Shown here: piece after piece, positions 28,855-38,282 of the stretch
Layout of the letters: each line of letters starts with the position of its first letter
How positions within the stretch are numbered: the first letter of the stretch is position 1
Source of the DNA: Theionarchaea archaeon
GTDB lineage: Archaea; Methanobacteriota_B; Thermococci; Methanofastidiosales; SZ-28-30
Reading direction: 5' to 3'
Assembly: GCA_018992685.1 (NCBI GenBank)
Contig: JACVGT010000013.1
Location: 32,001 to 96,000 of the forward strand
DNA length: 64,000 bases
Position numbers and translations under genes: made by a program
Notes under the pieces: model-generated
Databases searched by the model: none
Told to the model about the DNA's origin: nothing
What the model saw: only the letters and a program-made list of their open reading frames with translations

Positions 28855-29137
28855 ACCTGGTAGGAGTACGAACCTCGGAGTGTGACATGCAAGGGGAAGG
28901 GGACTGGTTCCATGAGAGACTGTACGGTTCCCGTGAATATGGACACTTTGTGACTGATAGAATCCTCGAAAGAATCCTGTGGTCAATCCCACGATACATG
29001 GACGGTTCAACTTCTGGCTCATGCATTCTCTTTTTCCACAAGATCTGAAGAGAGTTTCATGAATATCGGCTAGTCCGTACCCCTACCTCCACTAGTTCTT
29101 GTGTTCTATGTACAATCTCAGTGAAAGCAATCTGTTC

Positions 29138-29238
29138 AAAAAAGGAATGAAAGAGTGGGATTGAGAACAAGACGAAGGAGGTGAAATCCATGGAAGTGGT
29201 AACTTGTTTTCTTCCCACTCTTTGGAGTTGTTACTCCG
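29138..29238 (-). ncRNA. Candidate anti-SD sRNA, copy 1
   Basis: BRE/TATA 29259-29272, long stem, loop CCAUGGAUUUCACCUCCUUC, U6 tail. Confidence 0.65.
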
Positions 29239-29392
29239 CATATTCTTTGTCATGTCCCTTTTTAAACTTTTGCAGTATTCGATACCCGTCACATCGTACT
29301 GATTTGTGTAGTTTTTACTCTAATCAGGAGGGAGCACAAAATTACCATCCAGAAAAGTGCAACTAGTATTCTTTTATCTGGAAAACATTCGT

Positions 29393-29495
29393 GAGAAGAA
29401 GGATTGAGAAGAGTGGGATTAAATAAACAAGACGAAGGAGGTGAAATCCATGGAAGTGGTAACTTGTTTACCCACTCTCCTCAGTGTTTAACTAC
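29393..29495 (-). ncRNA. Candidate anti-SD sRNA, copy 2
   Basis: BRE/TATA 29518-29531; 44-nt core identical to copy 1; varied but paired stems; pyrimidine tail. Confidence 0.65.
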
Positions 29496-29720
29496 AATGG
29501 CACATTAGTGCCACTCCTTTTTAAGTCTTTGTAATGCTAATGTAATCAAATTTTCGGAATTAAAAAATATGACCTATTTTATGGTTCCAAGTGCACATTA
29601 TTTCTCAATTAGACTTTTTATTTAGATAACTCTATCTCAAAGCGATTTCCCTATTCCTGATTCGCATATTGATCTGTGCAGGCTAATTCATTCCTGACCA
29701 GTACGTGAGATTTACGCATT

Positions 29721-30251
29721 CTATTCCTGGACAAAGTGCCATTCACACCATACATCTCCTGAATGCTCGTCAGGGGGACAGCGCACGCAGACACACGTGA
29801 TATGAGGGTTGATTTCTCTTACAAAATTGGAGAGGTAGTTGTATCTCACCTGTTTGCAGGGGAACTCTGGAAATCCTTTCTTTAACCGAGTTAACTGTGT
29901 CTTGCAATTGAGGATCCTCAGAATGCCTGTACCATTTTCCACGGTGATGATTTTCTCCTGTTGATCAAGTGCCCAGCTCGTGGTCTGCAGAGCTCTCATG
30001 AGAGTCTCAACAGAAGGGTCTTGCAGGTTCAAGATACGCTTGAGGGCTTTTGCTTCAAGAGTTCCCATGGCATTCCACACTTCGGCATCAATTTCTGCAG
30101 CAGCCTCTGTCCCAAACCGGTTCTCAATACCCAGAAAGTACAACCCATCTACTCTCCAGATGTTCCTGTTATTGAACATCATAATCTCAATGAGCTTATC
30201 CCTAGGCAATGCTTCCAACATGTCTCTGTCTTCGTCACTGATGTACGACAT
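29721..30251 (-). CDS. DUF6125-like (V4R-related) protein
   Basis: W.VDGLYFLGIE.RFGTEAA, C.TQ..R..KG..EFPCK, C..CPPD......CEW.F. Confidence 0.75.
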   Translation of the reverse strand: MSYISDEDRDMLEALPRDKLIEIMMFNNRNIWRVDGLYFLGIENRFGTEAAAEIDAEVWNAMGTLEAKALKRILNLQDPSVETLMRALQTTSWALDQQEKIITVENGTGILRILNCKTQLTRLKKGFPEFPCKQVRYNYLSNFVREINPHITCVCVRCPPDEHSGDVWCEWHFVQE

Positions 30252-30333
30252 TGAGTCACCGAATCTGGCTTCACTCTTCACCATATAAGTGTTACCCTCC
30301 AAACCAGAGTATGAAGGTCGCTCAAAGAGCCAC

Positions 30334-31641
30334 TCACACCCCCCCACAGGCTGTGGCAAGGGTTCTCCATTGTGGAAACCTCTTTGGGTTTTTTGGATAT
30401 CGACTGTAAACAGCCCTTAGGATACCCATCTTGCCGAGAGCACAGGCCAATTTGAAGAGGAGGGAAGGGGTTTTTGCTGCATTAGCGGCTGTGGTAAGGA
30501 TGTCAGTCAACGTAAAGGAGGGTTCTTTTTCCTCCAGCTGAGACAAGACTTCATCAGTGATGACATTCTGCAACAAGGATTGGAGTTCTTTGCTGGTAAG
30601 AGACACCATGAAGTCTCTTAAAGGCAGTGATGATCCAAGAAGCGCACCGTATCTCTGCATGAAATCATAGTTGTACTTCCACAATACCTCCAGAGAGGTG
30701 TCTTTGCTGTGGATGGCCTCTGCTGCCGTTGTAGCTGCCATGTGGCCTGCAGTGAAGGCAGGTGCTATTCCTTCTCCTGTCAAGGGATTCGTGTGCCTGG
30801 CAGCATCACCACAGGCCAAGAGACCTGGAGCCACCATGGAAGGAAGAGAACCTCCAAGGGGGAGAGCACCATAGCCTGCTTGGGTTTTCTCCTTGATTTT
30901 GAATCGTGTGTGTTCGTGGAGCGCCTGAGCCACTGCCTTTCTGAAATGGGTACTGCGCTGTTCCATCCCTCCAGCACCCACGTTCAATTCATAGGTTCCC
31001 TTGGGAAAGAACCAGAAATACCCTGAAGGCACGAAGGAATTGTCAAAAACGATGGTTGCGTATTCCTGAGATATTGCCTCTTCCAGGATGATGTTCTCCT
31101 TATATCCCAATCCGATACGTGATGGGCTGCCGCGCCCACGTCTGAGCTCCCTACTGAGGACAGAGAAAACCCCACTACAATCCATGGTCAATGTCCCAAG
31201 GTAGGACGCATCATGAGTCTTAACACCATGTACTTCATTTTTCCCAACAGACCCCCGTACGACTCCTTGGTGAAGTTCTGCTCCTCTTCTGAGAAGCTCC
31301 TTTACCATGGTCTGCCCAAACTGCCATCTGTCTATAGTGCATAGAGGGTCGGTCACCCGAACGATGCCATGGTCACCGTCCATAAGTCCAGAAAAGGTGC
31401 AGACTTGCAGGCCTTTCAAAGGATAATGATCAACAGAAATCTGAAATTCATTCTTGAGCCATTTCACGATCCTCATGGGCATGAGTTCTCCACAAATCTT
31501 TCTGCCGACAAATTCTCTCCCTTTACGTTCTATGATACAGATGGTGAGATCCTCTCTCAGTGCTGTTAGGCCTGCAGCTGCTCCTGCAATTCCGCAGCCA
31601 ACAATAACGAGATCATAGGGAGCAATCGTCATATCACTCAT
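30334..31641 (-). CDS. Geranylgeranyl reductase family flavoprotein
   Basis: VGCGIAG, KICG, GYFWFFP, GDAA..NPLTGEGI. Confidence 0.85.
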   Translation of the reverse strand: MSDMTIAPYDLVIVGCGIAGAAAGLTALREDLTICIIERKGREFVGRKICGELMPMRIVKWLKNEFQISVDHYPLKGLQVCTFSGLMDGDHGIVRVTDPLCTIDRWQFGQTMVKELLRRGAELHQGVVRGSVGKNEVHGVKTHDASYLGTLTMDCSGVFSVLSRELRRGRGSPSRIGLGYKENIILEEAISQEYATIVFDNSFVPSGYFWFFPKGTYELNVGAGGMEQRSTHFRKAVAQALHEHTRFKIKEKTQAGYGALPLGGSLPSMVAPGLLACGDAARHTNPLTGEGIAPAFTAGHMAATTAAEAIHSKDTSLEVLWKYNYDFMQRYGALLGSSLPLRDFMVSLTSKELQSLLQNVITDEVLSQLEEKEPSFTLTDILTTAANAAKTPSLLFKLACALGKMGILRAVYSRYPKNPKRFPQWRTLATACGGV

Positions 31642-31999
31642 GATTAAGGAATTGTTGTTTAAGAATCTTATCATTTAGTAATCATGGCTTGTAGAATCTT
31701 TAACTTAATTGACGGTTCTCTCTAAATTCTTCATTCGATGCAAAAAGCGCTACACGAAAGTTCTAAGATCGTTGTAAACTTTTCACGACATTTTGATTGA
31801 GGAATGTTTTCAGCCTGCAAAAGCTCTCACCCCGCTAGATCATTCTCCCATCCGGATTGTCAGTCCGTGGGCTGCAGAAACCGGCGGAGGATGTTGAGAG
31901 GCCGAACCTCGAGACTCGCTTTCTGAGCATCATCCAATGCTCAGTGCGCAGTGCAAAAGATTTATTACAGGATGCGTAATAGACTGTGGAGGTTACAGT

Positions 32000-33094
32000 A
32001 TGAGATCAGAAATTCAGGCCCTGGCCGGAACCTATGATGCTGATAACATTCACATCGGTGTGCTGGGTTCCCATTCTGCCCTTGAGGTTGGATATGGAGC
32101 CCGAGAAGAAGGATTTAAAACTGTAGTGATCTGTCAGAAAGGGAGAGAAAAGACCTACACCCAGCGGTTCAGATCTCTGTTTGACGAAGTGATTCTCCTG
32201 GAGAAATTCTCCCACATTTCGTCTCCTAATATTGTGGAGAAGCTCAGAACGTTGAATACCATCTTTGTTCCCAACAGGTCATTCTCAGTGTACTGCGGAT
32301 ATGACAATATTGAGACTAGGTTTGAGGTTCCTCTGTTTGGAGCACGAACAATGCTTCGAGCTGAGGAAAGAGATGTGCCCAAGAACCAGTACTATCTCAT
32401 GGAAAAGGCAGGAGTCCCATTTCCGAAAATAATAAGAAGTGCTGAACACATTGACAGATTAGTCATGGTAAAGCTGCCCCATGCTGTAAGAAAGGTGGAG
32501 CGGGGATTTTTCACGTGTTCATCATTCAAAGAATACACACACAGATCTGAGGACCTCATCAAAAAAGGGTTGATCACGAGAAGTGATCTAGAAAATGCAG
32601 TCATTGAGGAGTTCGTGGTGGGAGCTCTTTTCAACCTGGATTATTTCTATTCTCCGCTGCAGGATGATGTGGAGTTCATGGGGGCTGACCAGAGAATTGA
32701 AACAGACATTGAAGGGATACTCCACATGACAGCTGAAGAACAGAGAGCTTTTTCCCAGACGCCCACCGTCATCCCCATTGGACATCGAGGATTAACAGTG
32801 CGGGAGTCGCAGCTGGATACCGTATTTGAACTGGGTGAAAAATTCGCTGAGACCTGCAAACAGGAATATCCCCCTGGAATATTCGGATGTTTCGCATTGC
32901 AGGGAGTTTTCAACAGAGATTTGAAGTTTTATACCTTTGATGTGTCATTGCGAGTGCCTGGGGCGCCGATCTTGTTGACCAGCTCTCCCTATACGGTATA
33001 TAAGTACGGGATACAGATGAGTGTGGGACGGCGTATTGCCATGGAAATCCGGGAGGCGGTGAATGCGGGGCGGTTGTCAGACTGTGTCACATGA
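32000..33094 (+). CDS. purP: PurP-family FAICAR synthetase (ATP-grasp)
   Basis: LGSHSAL...GA.EEGF.T, FVPNRSF.VY, ERGFF, GRRIAMEI; GGAGG SD. Confidence 0.88.
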   Translation: MRSEIQALAGTYDADNIHIGVLGSHSALEVGYGAREEGFKTVVICQKGREKTYTQRFRSLFDEVILLEKFSHISSPNIVEKLRTLNTIFVPNRSFSVYCGYDNIETRFEVPLFGARTMLRAEERDVPKNQYYLMEKAGVPFPKIIRSAEHIDRLVMVKLPHAVRKVERGFFTCSSFKEYTHRSEDLIKKGLITRSDLENAVIEEFVVGALFNLDYFYSPLQDDVEFMGADQRIETDIEGILHMTAEEQRAFSQTPTVIPIGHRGLTVRESQLDTVFELGEKFAETCKQEYPPGIFGCFALQGVFNRDLKFYTFDVSLRVPGAPILLTSSPYTVYKYGIQMSVGRRIAMEIREAVNAGRLSDCVT

Positions 33095-34170
33095 AGTATG
33101 TGCTTGTGGGGTTGTCTACCCGTGCTGTGGCAGAATCTGCAGTGAGAGCAGGGAAAGACTGTGTAGCAGTAGATTTCTTTGGTGACATAGACCTGGAATC
33201 TGTATGCAAAACAGTGTCTCTGAAGCGTGAATATAACGTATCATTGAGCTCATTCAATCCATACTCTTTCTTGAAGGCTGCCGAGTTAGTTGATGCAGAT
33301 TGTATGATATATGTAGGTCCGCTGGAGAACTACCCCTGTATTATCCAGAAATTCGCCTCATACTATGAGATTATAGGTAATGATGCAAAGACGAATGAAA
33401 AGGTGAGAGACTGGAAAGTCGTGTATCAAGTATGCAATCAACATAACATCAAGACACCAAAAACCTACAATGGACATCACTATATAGCCAAGCCAAAAAA
33501 GAGTGGGGGTGGCACGGGAATTCACAGACTCTCATCATATGTAATACAGGAATTGGTGCGAGGAGACCCGTATTCAGTATCGTTTGTAGGAGATGGTGAA
33601 AAAGCACAGATATTGTCAATAAATGAACAGCTCATTGGAAGAGAAGAGTTCGGTGCACGAGAATTCTGGTACTGTGGTAACATTACTCCTGTTTTCCCGG
33701 GAGAACATGCAAGTGTCGTCGCAGATGCCGCGTGCACCGCACTAACCCGCCATTTTGGGCTGAAGGGAAGCTGTGGTATTGATTTCGTGGTTCACTCGTC
33801 CAGTAGCCCATATGTTCTGGAAGTGAACCCACGTCCACAGGCCACCCTTGAGCTGCTGGAAAGAGTGTACGGGACGAATATGGTGGTCGTGCACGAGAAT
33901 GCGGTCAGAGGGGTTCTGGAAGCGCCTTCTGCCCGATCAGGTACCCCAGAGACATGGGGGAAGGCCATTATTTACGCTGAAAAGGACATTATTATGCCCG
34001 ATACCAGAGAATGGCTGGATCACTCATGGATAAAGGATATTCCTCATCCCTCTGAATTAATTCTGAAATCCGAGCCCATCTGTACTGTTATTGCTGATGG
34101 CAAGGATAGAGATGATTGCTTTGAACATCTCGTGCAATGCTCCCTTACCATCAGAGATTTCTTTCGATAA
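33091..34170 (+). CDS. ATP-grasp protein (COG2232 / orf22-like)
   Basis: S.RAVAESA..AG....DFFGD.D, KP..SGGG.GI, F.YCGNITP, LEVNPR, PICTV. Confidence 0.8.
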   Translation: MKYVLVGLSTRAVAESAVRAGKDCVAVDFFGDIDLESVCKTVSLKREYNVSLSSFNPYSFLKAAELVDADCMIYVGPLENYPCIIQKFASYYEIIGNDAKTNEKVRDWKVVYQVCNQHNIKTPKTYNGHHYIAKPKKSGGGTGIHRLSSYVIQELVRGDPYSVSFVGDGEKAQILSINEQLIGREEFGAREFWYCGNITPVFPGEHASVVADAACTALTRHFGLKGSCGIDFVVHSSSSPYVLEVNPRPQATLELLERVYGTNMVVVHENAVRGVLEAPSARSGTPETWGKAIIYAEKDIIMPDTREWLDHSWIKDIPHPSELILKSEPICTVIADGKDRDDCFEHLVQCSLTIRDFFR

Positions 34171-34550
34171 GTTGCTTCTCCTTGTGATTTGTGCAATTCA
34201 CGTGGTGTACTCTGCGTGAGTCACATCGGAGCAGCGCATCTGCCAGCAACCTGAGCTTTCCAGGTGATGCAACAGAGGGATTCCATTGAAGACGCGCGTT
34301 CTTACAGAAATCGAGTGCAGGGAATGTGAAGGATCTTCTGCATTCTCACTATTCCATCAAGATGATGATGAAGGAGGAGAGGTGTCATAGCCCAGGTGCA
34401 CAAACGCCTTCTGAACAAAAGTTTATAGGTATTGCCGCCCTATCAGTACCATAGAGGCAAACCACAACGATGATCATCGAGAGAATACTGAAGGCTTTTT
34501 CAACACAAGAAACGTATGGTTTGTCCACGTCTGGTGCAGGAGGCACTCTC

Positions 34551-37019
34551 ATGGAATTTGAAAAACTAGGTGCGTTCTATCTCGGAAAAGAATATGACCT
34601 TGCCAGCGGCCAGTTATTGGACCGCTTGGTCATGTATGATGCCCGGGACTTAACGACCCATGCGCTCTGCGTGGGTATGACAGGGAGTGGAAAGACAGGA
34701 CTTTGCATTGACCTGCTGGAAGAGGCCGCCATCGACCATGTACCGGCTCTCATTATTGATCCCAAAGGAGATATCACCAATCTCTTGCTGACATTTCCAG
34801 AATTGAATCCTGAAGATTTCAAACCCTGGGTTAATGTGGATGATGCCCGCCGAAAAGGGTTGACTGTTGAACAGTTCGCTTCTCAGCAGGCAGAATTGTG
34901 GCGCAATGGACTGAAGGACTGGGGTCAGGATGGCAGCCGCATCGCACTGCTGCGAAAATCGGCAGATTTTGCTCTTTATACGCCGGGAAGTGATGCAGGT
35001 ATTCCCGTATCCATACTACAATCTTTTGCGGCACCTTTGCTGGACTGGGATGACAATGCAGAGCTTCTTCGAGAGCGAATTCAGGGGACCGTCAGCGCAC
35101 TGCTGGGATTAATCGGCATGGATGTCGATCCTGTGCGATCCCGGGAACACATTCTTCTCGCCAACCTCTTTGAACATTTCTGGCGACAAAAAGAAGACTT
35201 GGACTTGCGAAAATTGATTCTTTCCATACAGAATCCTCCCATGAGTCAGCTGGGCGTGTTTGATGTGGACACATTTTTCCCTCAGAAAGAACGACTTGCG
35301 CTTGCCATGAATCTCAACAATATTATTGCGGCACCCGGATTTCAAACCTGGCTCAAAGGGCAGCCATTGGACATACCTGGATTTCTCAGCACACCGGAAG
35401 GAACCCCGCGGCATTCCATATTCTATATTGCACACCTCAGTGACGCAGAACGCATGTTTTTTGTAACCATGCTACTGAACCAAGTGGTCACCTGGATGCG
35501 CACTCAGCCTGGGACAACAAGCCTTCGAGCCCTCTTGTACATGGATGAAATTTTCGGATTCTTTCCCCCAGTCGCGAATCCTCCATCAAAACAGCCCATG
35601 CTAACCTTGCTGAAGCAGGGCAGGGCTTTCGGATTGGGTGTAGTGCTAACCACTCAGAATCCTGTGGATCTGGACTATAAGGGGCTGACCAATACCGGAA
35701 CCTGGCTCATTGGGAGACTCCAGACCGAACGAGACAAGATGCGGGTGTTGGATGGACTGGAAAGTGCTTCGGTCGAGGCGGGACAGTCCCTGGATAGATC
35801 CGAGCTAAGTCAGATAATCTCCAGCCTGGGATCGAGAGTCTTTCTCTTACATAATGTCCATGAGAAAGCACCCATTACCTTTCAGACCAGATGGGCCATG
35901 AGCTACCTTAGAGGACCCTTGACCCGCAGCCAGGTAAAGCTGTTGGTAGGTGAAAGAAAACCTGATTCCTCAGAGGGTGTGAAACCCGCAGTCCACACCC
36001 GCACTGCGGAATCCCTTGCTTCTTTCCCGCCCTCAGTTTCACCAGACATTGACCAGGTTTACCTGCCTCTGAGGAGAGGTGCTCAGGCAGCGCTCCTCGA
36101 AATTCTGAGCGGGCCTCTGCCCACAATAGAGAAAAGTCAGCTCGTGTACGTGCCTGCTGTTTTGGGCATTGGATCTGTCCGGGTAACAGATCGCAAACTT
36201 CGGCTGAATGAAGAAAAGAACGTTGCGTTGCTCTTGCTGGATACTCTCAGCATACGCCACTGGGAACAGAGCCAGCCCCTGAAGCTTGATCCCCAGGACT
36301 TGCTGGCCACACCGGAGCCAGGTGCATCATTCGAAACGTTACCTGATTCCTTTGATGAGAAGAGAGAGATTGTGGCTCTGAAAAAGGATCTTGCTGATCA
36401 TCTGTATCTCACAGGAGGTATCACCCTTCTTTACAGCCCTTCATTGAAAGCATATTCTGAACTTGGAGAATCAGAACGCGACTTCAAGATGCGCTTGACT
36501 CAAGTAGCTCGTGAAAAGAGGGACGAAGAGGTTGATACTCTCAGCCAGAAGTTTGACAAGCGCTTCCAGAGACTTGAGGACCGGGTGCGCAAAGCGGAGG
36601 CAGCACTGACCAAGAAGCAGGCCAAGGCAGGAGCCTACAAGCGAGAAATTGCTGTTTCTGTGGGAGAGTCAATGCTAGGAATGTTCATGGGCCGTCGGTC
36701 CACCCGTGCTGCATCAACAGCTTTGAGTAAATACCGTCAAAGTAAGATGTCCAGCATGGAAGCAAAACAGGCTGAAGAGAACGTGGAGGCTCTCAAAGAA
36801 GATATAAAGCAGCTTGAACAGGAACTGAAAGAACAGACTGCAGTGATTACCCAAGAATGGGAGCGAGCTCAGGAAGACGTGGAGAGCGTTTCCGTCACTC
36901 CACGTAAGAGTGATATCGCAGTTCACCTGGTCAACCTGGCCTGGGTTCCTCATTGGCGTATAACGTATAAGGACGAGACAGGTAGAATTCAAACAGCCAC
37001 CGTCCCCGCTTTTCGCTAG
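34551..37019 (+). CDS. HerA/FtsK-superfamily ATPase (DUF87-like) with C-terminal coiled coil
   Basis: GMTGSGKT, IIDPKGD, LYMDE, KQGRAFG, TQNP; GGAGG SD before ATG 34551. Confidence 0.88.
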   Translation: MEFEKLGAFYLGKEYDLASGQLLDRLVMYDARDLTTHALCVGMTGSGKTGLCIDLLEEAAIDHVPALIIDPKGDITNLLLTFPELNPEDFKPWVNVDDARRKGLTVEQFASQQAELWRNGLKDWGQDGSRIALLRKSADFALYTPGSDAGIPVSILQSFAAPLLDWDDNAELLRERIQGTVSALLGLIGMDVDPVRSREHILLANLFEHFWRQKEDLDLRKLILSIQNPPMSQLGVFDVDTFFPQKERLALAMNLNNIIAAPGFQTWLKGQPLDIPGFLSTPEGTPRHSIFYIAHLSDAERMFFVTMLLNQVVTWMRTQPGTTSLRALLYMDEIFGFFPPVANPPSKQPMLTLLKQGRAFGLGVVLTTQNPVDLDYKGLTNTGTWLIGRLQTERDKMRVLDGLESASVEAGQSLDRSELSQIISSLGSRVFLLHNVHEKAPITFQTRWAMSYLRGPLTRSQVKLLVGERKPDSSEGVKPAVHTRTAESLASFPPSVSPDIDQVYLPLRRGAQAALLEILSGPLPTIEKSQLVYVPAVLGIGSVRVTDRKLRLNEEKNVALLLLDTLSIRHWEQSQPLKLDPQDLLATPEPGASFETLPDSFDEKREIVALKKDLADHLYLTGGITLLYSPSLKAYSELGESERDFKMRLTQVAREKRDEEVDTLSQKFDKRFQRLEDRVRKAEAALTKKQAKAGAYKREIAVSVGESMLGMFMGRRSTRAASTALSKYRQSKMSSMEAKQAEENVEALKEDIKQLEQELKEQTAVITQEWERAQEDVESVSVTPRKSDIAVHLVNLAWVPHWRITYKDETGRIQTATVPAFR

Positions 37020-37480
37020 CAGGAGTCTTTCGCAGGAAAAGACACGTGGCTCTCAGCAGCTTGAAGAATGAGAGCGGCATCAGGTTCAGGTAGCGCGCGC
37101 ATTGCCTTGCCCTGGAGATGTCCGCTCCATCTCTTCTTGTTCTTGACAAAAGTGAGATCAGGAATCAATGGTTTGAAGGGGATTTCTCCAAAGGAGACCA
37201 CATTGTGAAGCCTCACTCTGAGAGGATATACTTCACCTGTTTTTGAAGTGAAGATTCTTCTAGTATCCTTGAAAACATCCGAAGCAACCTCAGCACGACC
37301 ACACACCGCAGATTCCAACCGCCTGGTTTCTCGCTGTTCGCTCACTACATAGAAAAGAAGCCCTTGACCAATCTCAACTCTGGAGATTGTGTTTCTGTGG
37401 CGAACAGAAACCCCCCAGACCTTGTGAGTGAGTACAGATTTCCAGTTGTCCCGATTCAGAATGCATAGCCAGTATGTCAT
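37016..37480 (-). CDS. EVE-domain (UPF0310) protein
   Basis: YWLC...DNW......VWGV, YPLRV.L, FKPLIP.L.F.KNKK.WSG. Confidence 0.88.
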   Translation of the reverse strand: MTYWLCILNRDNWKSVLTHKVWGVSVRHRNTISRVEIGQGLLFYVVSEQRETRRLESAVCGRAEVASDVFKDTRRIFTSKTGEVYPLRVRLHNVVSFGEIPFKPLIPDLTFVKNKKRWSGHLQGKAMRALPEPDAALILQAAESHVSFPAKDSC

Positions 37481-37686
37481 GATATATCTTGATCCTACAA
37501 TTTATAAGTTCACTGCTCTGGTATCGGCAGATATACCGGATGGAATCAGTAACACCTGTATCGAAAAACCACGATGATCTTGGTCACTCTCTGCCACTCG
37601 GTTCATCGGAAAATCCACAAAGGTTATATACGAACATATGATGGTGATCAGAGGACGCGGCATAAAGCGAAATCGAAGGTATCTGC

Positions 37687-38187
37687 ATGCGAGCCAGAAG
37701 ATCTATCCACAAGATGGAAAAAAAGAAAGACATTGATGGTCTTATCGAAGCCCTGAAAAGAGATGACTGGACTCTCAGGAGGAAGGCAGCTGCTGCCTTG
37801 GAAAGGATTGGTGCTCCGGCCGTTGGAGCACTGACAATTGCCCTGGAGGATGAGAACAGGTTCGTCAGGCGAATGGCTGCTCTCATACTGGGGACACTGA
37901 GAGACAGGCGCGCAGTTGAACCTTTGATCAGTGCACTAAGAGACGATGATACAGCCGTTCGCCGCCACGCCGCAGAATCACTGGGAAAATTGAAAGACAA
38001 ACGTGCTATAGAACCCCTTATTTTGGCCTTGAAAGAAGAAAAAGACTCTGTTCGATGGATTATCGCCCTTGCCCTCCAGAAACTTGGAAGTGAAAAAGAA
38101 ATCGATGCTGTTATGGAAACACTGAAAAGCAGCCACGACGCATGTGAAGATGGCGCAAAAGAGAACAGTGCAATTGATATCTCATGA
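37687..38187 (+). CDS. HEAT (PBS-lyase) repeat protein
   Basis: Repeated VRR.AA..LG.L.D.RAVEPLI.AL. Confidence 0.85.
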   Translation: MRARRSIHKMEKKKDIDGLIEALKRDDWTLRRKAAAALERIGAPAVGALTIALEDENRFVRRMAALILGTLRDRRAVEPLISALRDDDTAVRRHAAESLGKLKDKRAIEPLILALKEEKDSVRWIIALALQKLGSEKEIDAVMETLKSSHDACEDGAKENSAIDIS

Positions 38188-38282
38188 AGAGCCTCTCTGA
38201 TAACTCCGTCTTTCTGGACGGAGAATGGGAAGAAAAACGAGGGACAAAACCTTATATACACACCCTCCATGGATGAAACAGG

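Noticed and set aside
29190-29366. + strand peptides starting at the perfect SD/ATG in the repeats (MEVVTC...), as type I toxins
   Set aside because: The two copies diverge in frame and length after six codons, and promoter, terminator and G-U polarity all point to the minus strand. Not fully excluded.
29150-29480. CRISPR array
   Set aside because: Only two 44-nt copies 260 bp apart, and no cas genes.
31790-31960. Purine/ZTP riboswitch upstream of purP
   Set aside because: No consensus match, and a TATA-like element near 31970 implies a short leader.
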